Source: Sphaeroforma arctica JP610
Taxonomy: Eukaryota
Direction of reading: 5' to 3'
Length of the DNA stretch: 64,000 nt
NCBI RefSeq assembly: GCF_001186125.1
Contig: NW_014040548.1
Coordinates: 32,873 to 96,872 of the forward strand
In this document: positions 54,591 through 64,000 of the stretch, piece after piece
How positions within the stretch are numbered: position 1 is the first letter of the stretch
Layout of the letters: each line of letters opens with the position of its first letter
The notes under the pieces: model-generated
What the model was told of the DNA's origin: nothing
The model's input: only the letters and a program-made list of their open reading frames with translations
The model's database searches: none
Translations under genes and position numbers: made by a program

Positions 54591-55328
54591 CAGTCAACTG
54601 TAAACAGACTAAAGTATCTGTTTTATATTAGAATATTTGAAACATGGTATTATTATATTATGTATGTACCTAACTCTTTTTTCTTTCTATATTGTCTTTT
54701 ATTTCTAGAAAAATAATGAATAAATGAATAAGTACAAATATCAACAGTCGTAAATTTATATCTTGTCGTTTTTTCTATTGTGCGATTATATCGAGTCAAA
54801 ACCAAACTTAATACATTACGACTCGTGTTTAAAATTTGTGATGTCAACCTTTCTAATTCGTTACTATTTATAGCGAGCTATGTGTATTGCTCAAGCTATA
54901 TTATATTCCAAATGTGTGTCCTAATTTGGCATATGTCTCGTGTTTGACTATAAGTCTAATTTGTTTGCTTGACGTTAGACGTTTAAAAGTTCAGTTCCAT
55001 ACTCTCTATAATAGCCTTGTGGTAAACGAACGCTTCAATAACTGTATCGCAACGTTCTCCCTCCGTAGAGAGGGAGACGTTGTTCATTTATTAGTAATTG
55101 TAAAATTAGTGACTCTAAAAGTGAGTCATAAGTCATGTGCTGTAATAGTCAGCAAAAACCAAATTTATCAGATTATTCTGATAAACTGTAAAAAAACTAT
55201 AAGAACTAAAATAGACAACTAAAACCTAAGTACTTGTATTCTGACCACAACCCCCCCAAACTGAAGCACTGACCAAAAAGCAGTGTGCCAGTTTTAGAGA
55301 TAGTAAGGAATACCCAAGTAACTTAGTT

Positions 55329-55786
55329 GCTGGCATTTATCCTCTGAGAGCTAGAACAGTGTACTGGCATTTATCCTCTGGGAGCTAGAGCAGTGTGCTG
55401 GCATTTAACCTCTAAGAGCTAGAGGACCCGAGGTGTACGTCTCGAGTAACCCGTCGTTTTGACTACTTGAGACAACTGTTCAGTAGTGACACCATATATG
55501 CGTTCTGGCAAGTACAGTATAGAACTATACCTGTGTCGGAGAAAAACTGCCAATAGCAGAAACCATGAAAACCAGTTAACCCGATGATTCCAAACCGAGC
55601 CCAAGGAATTGTCTAGTAGATATCGCTCTTTTATACTCCAGAGCTTGAGTGGCTGATTTATACTCGGAAGCTAGAGTGGCTGGTTTATACTCGGGAGCTA
55701 GAGTGGCTGGTTTATACTCGGGAGCTAGAGTGGCTGGTTTATACTCGGGAGCTAGAGTGGCTGGTTTATACTCGGGAGCTAGAGTG
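55329..55786. repeat. Two related tandem arrays in the 3' untranslated region of B2: ~3x34 bp (55329-55424) and ~6x27 bp (55630-55786)
   Basis: Units CTGGCATTTATCCTCTGGGAGCTAGAGCAGTGTG and GAGTGGCTGGTTTATACTCGGGAGCTA. Confidence 0.9.
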
Positions 55787-57284
55787 CTCGACGATTACGG
55801 TTCGAGCGCACCGTCCTACCGAGTAGGCATATCTGAAGATAAAAATTTAGATTTGGGCACGTTGGCGTTTACGTGTCCGTGTCTGCGAAGCTTTGTGGTA
55901 GACCGCGATATCGTTGGCATCATCAAAAGCCGCCGATGTTTTCCACGTTGGATCGCCTTCACGCCATCGCACCAAGTATTCCAATTTCCCTGTTCCATCA
56001 TTAGTACGGTGTGCAATAATGTGGCGAAACTCAGCACCTCCTTCTGTCCACAATTCGTCGTTAAGTGGTGGGTCTGTGCGCCTATGCACTAACCGGAGGA
56101 GTTCCACCCGTACCGGTTTGTGATTGAATTCTGGAGGGGCGGATCCATCTTTATTCGCTAACTCATATCGTTGTCCGATCCTGACCTTCACCATATACGG
56201 CCCAAACAGTGGCCGCATTGCCTTAGTCGTTCTACCCTCCGATCGTATCGTAACCACATCGCCTTCGTCGAAATGGACCAAGTCATGAGCGTGTTGGCGG
56301 TCAAATGTCTTCGTAAGTTTGCCTGTATACTTCTTGGTAATGTGGTGGAGAGTCGGCAGTATAGTATCCTGCAACTGGCCTAACCGTTGTGCCCAGGTGT
56401 CGTTCGTCATCGGCTGGGTATCCGGTAAGTCACCAGTGAAGTCGGCAAATGGTACATGACGGCGGCCAAAATATACACTGAACGGCGCGCTCTTGTGACG
56501 TCGGGATATCCGAAGGTTCTGGTAGAGCATCGTAAACGGAAGGCGTTTGTCCCATCGTAGAGGAACTCCCTCACAGCATTGTCGAATGGAACGTGTATTC
56601 TCCTTATGACGGCGTTCAGCGGCACCCAGTACATGGCGGTGACACCTTGTGTAGCATACCCACTTCTTGGACCAGTAGCTCCACTATCTTGTTAGTTAAT
56701 TCATTCCCCATGTCCGTCTGGATCATACGTGGGAAACCATGCTCGCCAAAAACTTATATTAGTGTCTGTGCCGTTGTCTCCTTCGTCTTGTCCGGTGTCG
56801 CTCGAAGGATTGAGTAGCCTGTAGCAATGTCCAGGACGTGAAGTATATAATTATTCTTTCGTCTGGACTCAAGTGGTATCGGTATATAGTCGACTTGAAT
56901 ATGGTCCCACGGTTAGCGCGCGTCAATGCTAATCATCGGGTGGAAACCTTTACGAAGATTATCCTGTCCCAAACATGTGGCGCACTGCCGTTTGACTTCC
57001 GTTGCTAACTCAAGTGCGCCCGGCCACACATGACCGTTCTGACGGAGTTGTTAAACTGTATCAGCCGCACCATGATGTCCTTGTTCGTGGTGCGCTTGTG
57101 TGAGTCGCGTACGGCATTGTTGTTCTTCTGGCGTCGCCCGCTCAACTGCCGGTTGACCTTCTGCATCCGCCATTGCCACCGAGATCTCTCGCGCAGTATC
57201 TAACCACATTACGTACGTTGTGTGTTTTGGTTCTGCATACCCAAGTCGCTGTGATAACAGCGGGTCCAGTTTGAACCCGTTAGG

Positions 57285-57690
57285 GGGTCCCACTCGTGTA
57301 ATCACTATGTGTCCCCATGGCGTCTTGCCACAGGCATACTTAGCATACTTGAGGAACGTGTGTGGCGTTCATGGGACCAGTACTGATTCTGATTGCAACA
57401 ACTGTTTGAACAGGTCAAACCATGGTGCCCTTGGTGCCCATGGCAGACACACCATTGCCCTCGCACCATCGGTCCTTATCTTGCGTAACATTCCATTTAT
57501 CTTTTCCCATGGTGGGTTCATCCATCCATCGACTGTCGACCAGTCGTGGGCAAACGCCCCTTCCCCGTCGTCTTTAGTCCAAAATCGAGGAAGCTGAGCG
57601 TTAGACGGGTCCGCAAATACATCTATATTGTTCGGACCGAAGTGTTGTTGCGCTTGTTCAAAGTAACTAAGGAATAACTGCCAACAGTCT
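57285..57690 (-). other. Dam-like DNA N6-adenine methyltransferase domain within Gypsy pol (copy B2)
   Basis: DCWQL...FGPNNIDVFADPSNAQLPRFWT...AFAHDW...WMNPPWEKINGMLRKIRTDGARAMVCLPWAPRAPWF...(one in-frame TGA at 57371-57369)...CGKTPWGHIVITRVGP. Confidence 0.88.
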
Positions 57691-60600
57691 GTGTACAGTA
57701 TTTCAGGTCCGTCCTGCTCCGCTGTCCCCTCATTTACTTTGCTCAACATGTCCGGAAGCACGTTTGTCTCTCCTGGTATAGGTGATATGGTAAAGTTGAA
57801 CGGTGCTATAATATGGTGCCATCTCTGGAGCATCGGATTAAGCTTGAGCTGTGTATTCATATACACCAGGGCCTTGTGGTCCGTAAGACCGCAAACCGTT
57901 GCCCATCCAAATGTTCCCTAAAATGTGTCAGCCCGTACACCAAGGCTAGTAACTCTTTCATTGGTGTAGCGTAGTTCTGTTGCGCATGGTTCAGAGTCTT
58001 GCTAAAGAACATCAAATATTGTTTCTTCCCGTCGACCCATTGGAATAACGCTCCCCCCAAACCGTAATCGCTAGCATCGGTTTCCAAGTTCAATGGTATA
58101 CCGTCGACCGGAAAGTGCAACGCCACGGCATTGACAACTGCATCCTTCATCGCCTGCCACGCCTGTGCATGTCTTTCCTCCCAACGATCGCCGATCAACT
58201 CCTTCGGTTTGAGTTTGCAAAACTCGTGCAAAGGTGCAACCGTGTTTGCGAAGTTGAGAAGATGTTCATGAAGATAATTAACCAATCCTAAGGCAGAGAC
58301 TATGTCGTTGTACCGTAGTGGGGTAGGCCAGTCGATAAGCTTGGTCTGCTTCTCATGATCAATATCTATGCCTTGTGCCGACACCTTTTTTCCTAGGATC
58401 ACCACTTCGGGAATAGCAAAGTGGCACTTGGCGGGGTTGATCTTAAAACTGCGGTATGTTAAACGTTTTCGAATATGTTCGTCATAGTCGTCGCTGGCAA
58501 TAACTATATCGTCGATATAGTTGTGGACCGGCAAGCCGTCCAGTATTGTGCTCAAGGTTTGCTGGAACTGTTGCGTGAGCACATGGAGTCCAAACGGCGC
58601 CGATGTAAACGAGTACTGATAACGCTCGTGTGTAAGCTAAACAGATATTGTGAATCGGGATGGATCGGTAGCCTATGATATACCGCCGATATTTCCAGCT
58701 TAGTGTAGTACTTCTTACTCTTGAGGCGAGAGATAAGTTCGTTGACCTTGGGAATCAAGAACTGGTCGCCCGGAATAAGCGCGTTGACAGCACGCATATC
58801 TAAACATACGCGTACCTTCTTCACGTTCTCTTCTGCAACAAACGTCGGGCCCGTAAGGAGCGGGAGGTTAACAGTCGTCGGTGTCGTCCGCTTCGTGATC
58901 ACCAAATCCGCCAACCACTTCTTCACCTGCTCGTCCACGTATGGTAGCCACCGGTCGGATACAAAGTTATGCGTTGATATGCGCATGTGCATCGCCTGTT
59001 CACGGGTTACCGGAATGGTAACTTCGCTCTCTTCCAGACGACATCGCGCCTTGTCAGCAATCTGCGCATTCGCCTCTAAATCCTGTGCCAGCCGTTGACG
59101 TGCATCGGCGGGTTCCGTCGTGCTCGGTGCCTGTCGTCGTGGGATGGGTTCGAGGAGCTCGTCGAGTTCTGTGGGGTCTATTGGTGCAAGTGGAGATCGG
59201 ATGCCGCCTATGTATAGACCTAAGCCTTTCAACATATCTTGTCCCATTATGATGTCTATTTCTGCCGGTAAATTCATCAATTCCAGTGACCCGTCGATAA
59301 TCTTGGTCCCATACCGAATGGGTACCGCTTCCATCGTCCCCAGTCGAGGAGTTCGAACCGCCTTGTCAGCTAATTATATGAATGTCCCATGTGGTGCTGG
59401 AGTTATTGGGCGGCCGAGGAGGTCTGCGGATGTCTGTGAGATACAACTTCTGTTTGCTCCCGTGTCTAACAATGCTTTGAACGTAAGTCCATTAACTTGC
59501 ACTTGAATATAAACTCGGTCATTAGAAGACAGTAATGGGTCCTGTATTGCCATCACTTCCCTAATAGTATTAACAAATGTGAAGCTCATCTCCGACTCAG
59601 AAACCCTCACATACACCGTGGCCCTGGTCTGGTTCCAGTATTGTGTGCTCGAAGTCTTCCGTGAGTATCGTGTTGATGTGTACCTCTGTAGCTGCTGATG
59701 GTGGTATGAAACTTTCGTCCTTTGTAATCGCGTTCACCTGTACATGCGGAGTCGGGCGTGTAGTGACCAAGTCTTTGCCCGGGTTGTTGGACTGTCCCTG
59801 TCCTAAGGTTGGAGCTGCGGACGGTCTGTGTACCGGTTGTGCGTCTCGTGATGTGCGGTTGGTGTCATACGGCCGCGCCCTGCCGTCCGTACTCCCTGGG
59901 GGCTACGCTCGGAAATGGTGACTTCGCAAAATATGACGTAAACCTGGCGGTGCTTGTGCCTGACATCCAGCACACGTTGTAGGTAATGTCGGCTGGGGTC
60001 GCTGTGCCCAGTTCTGTGACTGTCGTCGAACCGTCTGCGGGTTAGTGCGGCTATTGGTGTAGTCACGAGCCCCATTACTTGGTGGACCTTCGCGATTATT
60101 ACGGTTCTGAAATCGCGCCGCATTGCGCTGCTGTGCGTCCTGAATGTCGGGACTCAACAACTGTAGAGTGAGTCTTCATTTACTGCCATTTGGGATGCAA
60201 CTGTAGAGTGCGTTCATACGTACGGCCGTTGAGAGCTTCCTCGAACAGTTGAACAATGCAATAGTTTGATAAATTCTGTTGGAAATCTTCATCTGTCTGG
60301 CATCGTTCACGTGCCCTCCTGCTATTCTCCATGAGCTGTGTCATTTGTTCCATGATGGGGGTATGCATGTTTCGACTGTGGCCCTTGGCAAGCTTACGAA
60401 ACGCGAGATCAACAGTGGCTTGCGTCTCATGTGAGCAAATCCGTTCGATTTGTAGTTGTGGCGTCCACATCTTCAATCGTTCAGAATTGTCACGTATGTA
60501 ATCCAATGTTGACTTCTCAGCCTTAAAGTAAGATAATACCTTGTGGAACCATGTAAGGTTCCAACTCTCATCTAACCCTGCGATCTGCGCGTTCTTAAAA

Positions 60601-63567
60601 GCCTCCAGTAGAGCCCCTCTCGTATCCCGTTCTGGGATGTCATGGAGGTGGTATCTACTCGAGGGCCAGTCGGGCCATGTACGTGGTGATGGTACCGGAC
60701 GCTATTCCACTGGACGGGACTCTAGTGTGGCTCGAAATGTTTCAATCGCACCCCTAAGGGCTTCAGCTCGAGCCGTATTATTATCCTCTATTGCTTGGCA
60801 TAACTCGTCGCTCAGGTGTAGTATACGTGCATGTAACCTCTGTCGACTCTTTTCAATACTCGCCGGTGTGGGTGGAGGTGTGAGCGACGTTGTCTCCGTT
60901 TGCTTGGGAATCTGTACATGCGCACTGGCAGCTTCCCTCTCGAACGACTGTCGCTGTTGATGTTGGCGATAGGTCGTGCTCATCTGGACTTACCTATTCT
61001 TGAGCGCTTCCTTCTCATGTGGGGTTTGCGTGGCCAACACTTGCTCACGTGCGAATTCTTGGAATGACGGAGCCTCTTCTAGAGACGACAAGGTATCTTC
61101 CTCCTCGGAGAGTTGACCTTCTGACCCAGGTGGTTCGTACCCGAGGCCATGGTGTTGTTGTGAACGGCCTTGGATCCGAAACGTGGGATTGTCCTCTCTA
61201 CCTTGTGCCATACGCTCCCGTTTGTGTGGACTAGTCGACGCTTCGTTTGCGTATAGCAAGGTCGTGGGTCGTTCGGACGATGTACGCTGCAACCTCTGTT
61301 CGTACCTCTCTAAGAGCGACGGTTGTTGGGCCATACGCTCGGTTAGCTTCTGTGTCGACGACTGGCCCCGCGCCGTACCCTTGTTGTTGGAACGACGGCG
61401 GTCACGCCTGCGCTTGTGAGGTGGTAGGCGTGTCTGCTCGATACCAGAAGATAGGGCTCCAGAGATACCCGAAGACGAACGGGAAGGCAGTCCATCACTA
61501 GCTACCTGTTTACTAATAGTGAACTGCTCCCTGTCCGCACGCAGGTCGGAATTTCCCTTGGCTTCTTCCTTAATTACAACGTCTTCTTGCGTTAGGCTGA
61601 TAGCCCCCCCCTGGGTGTCTTGGGTGCCTGTCTATCGGTAACCGCTGCTTGGCTATGAACCGCTTTATCCTGTGGTTCCATCCGTTCTTTCTCAGCTCGG
61701 TGGTCGGTATAGTCCGTGAGAGACTCGCGGCGCTTAGTTCCTCGTCGGTCTATATCGTCTTCCTCCCGACGTTCAGGGGTCAGATGTTGCTGCCGACGGC
61801 TTTGACGTAGGTTGGACATAATAGTACGTTGTGTGGATCAATGGAGGTTTGGAAATGTATGTAGACGTCCTCGAAATAGGTCGAGTATAAATACTCCTCC
61901 GCCCTAGAGATCGTCTCTCATCTCAACAAGTCTCGACACTGTTTGCCTGGACAGGTCTATGCCGTGTCCCACACTACGTCCATTTTAAGGTGGTAACTAG
62001 TACATGAGTCCCACCCATGCCTTCAACAGACCATAGTGTCGTATGTTCTTCGCCGAAACACCCGTCGGGGTACACCCTATACTCCTTGTATGCTACTCCA
62101 CCCTTCTGGTGGAGTTACACTCTTCTTCGGCGATCAATCCTTACTCTTTAGAGAGCTCCTCAGCTCTCGCCTTAATCCCCTTTCTTCGCTAATCTTACTC
62201 CTTCGTGCCACTGCATGTGCCGTTGTGGTATCGGTATGTGTCTGCCTATTGTAGACCTCTCGTGCTCTACGGCCCCTCTGTAGCTTCTAGATCCTACCTA
62301 GTACTTTCTTTTGAGCAGCTCTACCACGAAGTTCTGCTCAGACAAGTAGATCCTAGTGCTTCTGTGGCTTCTACTACGCCTTGTACATTTTCTACCTAGA
62401 ACTTCCCCATTCTACCGAATATCATACCTGTCTATGTACTGTAACTTCTACAGTGATTCTTGATTTGCGGCGATTCTCTGACTGTGCCATTAGTCTATCT
62501 ATTTCCATGATTCTACTGTTAACCCCTATAGTCAATGTACCTGGATGCTAATTAAGTGCGTACATACTCTTTTATCCCTTTTATCGCTCGATTTCGTTTA
62601 TGAAAGAAAAAAATTATCCCGTAAACCCGCGAGGAATGCACCATTCTAAGAATAACATAGCATTCATTGATAATTGTGTACGCTATCTGTTCTTTGTGCC
62701 CTTACTTATATCTAACCACAGTTTAGTCCCTCTTTGTATCTGCAAACTAGGGCTCTGTGAACTACTTATCTCTCTCCTTTGTCTATGCCTAGAGTTAGGT
62801 CGTATTTCCTATAATTATTATATCTTCTTGCCCTGCGTTGTTGTAGGAGCCACCTTCTTGTTTCTAAAACCAACTTCTTCTATGTACACTACCCTTTAGA
62901 TCTTATACGCTGTGTATTGGTGCCATTTCTCTAACGCAATTCCTATTTAGCAACTTCTAACTAAAATATTTCTCTAACAGGGTTCTAACTTGGTATCTAG
63001 CCGACAATATCACCCATGCTGTCTGTTTCTATAACATAAAACCACAAACTATTCTTCACCATCGTTTCTACTTAACTGATTGTTAGAGTACAATGTAGTA
63101 GACTTTAAATAAAGTACAAATGTATGTATTTATTTCTGACTTCANNNNNNNNNNNNNNNNNNNNNNNNNNNNNNNNNNNNNNNNNNNNNNNNNNNNNNNN
63201 NNNNNNNNNNNNNNNNNNNNNNNNNNNNNNNNNNNNNNNNNNNNNNNNNNNNNNNNNNNNNNNNNNNNNNNNNNNNNNNNNNNNNNNNNNNNNNNNNNNN
63301 NNNNNNNNNNNNNNNNNNNNNNNNNNNNNNNNNNNNNNNNNNNNNNNNNNNNNNNNNNNNNNNNNNNNNNNNNNNNNNNNNNNNNNNNNNNNNNNNNNNN
63401 NNNNNNNNNNNNNNNNNNNNNNNNNNNNNNNNNNNNNNNNNNNNNNNNNNNNNNNNNNNNNNNNNNNNNNNNNNNNNNNNNNNNNNNNNNNNNNNNNNNN
63501 NNNNNNNNNNNNNNNNNNNNNNNNNNNNNNNNNNNNNNNNNNNNNNNNNNNNNNNNNNNNNNNNNCA

Positions 63568-63999
63568 CTAATCGTCTGGCTGGACCCTCGTCTTAGCCGT
63601 TTGGCCCTGCTGGCCCTGTCCTTTTATTTCTTGAACTTCTAATGCCTGCTCCTGATTCGGTTGCTCCTTGGGTTCGTTCGTGGGCTCTTTGGGTGCGGTC
63701 GTAGTGTCAAAATCTGTCTTCGATCTTGAAGTCTCAGTAAGGTTAGGCCGGAGCCTAAATCGTTCGAGCTGTTTGGCCATACTTGTTCGATTTAGCCTGA
63801 AGCGTCCATTGGTCGCCTCAGATTCCCTTTGCTGATCCCATCGGACGTGCTGATCGCTCAGTCTCGGCGTCTCTTCCTCTTCACTGTTACTATTTGACAT
63901 CAAGGATGGCATTGTGGCACTAGCGTCACTACTGGCGTACCCACTGTCGTCTTCTACCGCGTGTGGATTGTGAAAGATTCCGTCATTTTGCAGTGCCAT
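63568..63999 (-). CDS. Possible coding fragment: low-complexity, acidic/polar, function unknown
   Basis: 143-codon ORF between an N gap and the window edge, with coding-like GC content and no recognisable motif. Confidence 0.25.
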   Translation of the reverse strand: MALQNDGIFHNPHAVEDDSGYASSDASATMPSLMSNSNSEEEETPRLSDQHVRWDQQRESEATNGRFRLNRTSMAKQLERFRLRPNLTETSRSKTDFDTTTAPKEPTNEPKEQPNQEQALEVQEIKGQGQQGQTAKTRVQPDD

Positions 64000-64000
64000 C

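Larger units (their letters stand above)
54595..61820 (-). mobile_element. Best-preserved Ty3/Gypsy chromovirus-like element (lineage B, copy B2): gag, PR, RT, RNase H, Dam-like MTase, integrase, chromodomain, PPT and probable 3' LTR
   Basis: Gag-like ORFs 61820-59900; PR ALLDTGANRS; RT KVRVCLDMRAVN and NYIDDIVIAS; RNase H LETDASDYGLGGAL and NYATPMKELLAL; NPPW at 57518-57507; HHEQGHHG...CATC, WDHIQVD, IQTDMGNE; chromodomain 56030-55890. G7 PPT at 55257-55251, then TG at 55249. Scattered stops and frameshifts. The 5' LTR and the outer boundaries are not resolved. Confidence 0.93.

Noticed and set aside
55630..55786. 27-bp repeats and the ORF 55649-56092 (AGLYSGARV repeats) as a CRISPR array or a real protein
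   Set aside because: Pure tandem repeat with no spacers. The ORF arises from the 27-bp period and overlaps the integrase antisense.
56700..59400. RIP-like or CpG-specific mutation signature in the premature stops
   Set aside because: The stops are a mix of TAA and TGA with no consistent inferred ancestral context. A consensus alignment would be needed.
63081..63143. TG-starting segment as the boundary of the 5' LTR of B2
   Set aside because: No match found to the putative 3' LTR (left of 55249), and the sequence runs into a gap.

Overview
Eukaryotic draft-genome window with spliceosomal GT-AG introns, microsatellites and several N gaps. The gene content suggests a unicellular opisthokont or other protist, but the organism cannot be determined from the sequence. 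The first ~11 kb holds four intron-containing genes: deoxyhypusine synthase (5' end missing), DNPH1/Rcl, an ALKBH8-type RRM-AlkB-Zn protein lacking the Trm9-like methyltransferase, and a MORN-repeat protein. The rest (~11.4-64 kb) is a nested transposon graveyard. It contains five degenerate Ty3/Gypsy LTR retrotransposons of two sub-lineages, two solo LTRs with 4-bp TSDs, four pieces of one non-LTR (LINE-like) family, a Sola3-like DDD transposase relic, MITE-like elements and dispersed or tandem repeats. Main finding: both Gypsy sub-lineages carry a phage Dam-like DNA amino (N6-adenine-type) methyltransferase domain (DxFA...NPPW) in pol, between RNase H and the HHCC-DDE integrase, and the lineage-B integrases end in a chromodomain. 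This domain is known at that position in DIRS1-type tyrosine-recombinase retrotransposons, but here it lies in integrase-encoding LTR elements. Four of the five copies show it: two are nearly intact, one is decayed and one is a remnant. All domain calls come from motif recognition by eye; no database searches were run.
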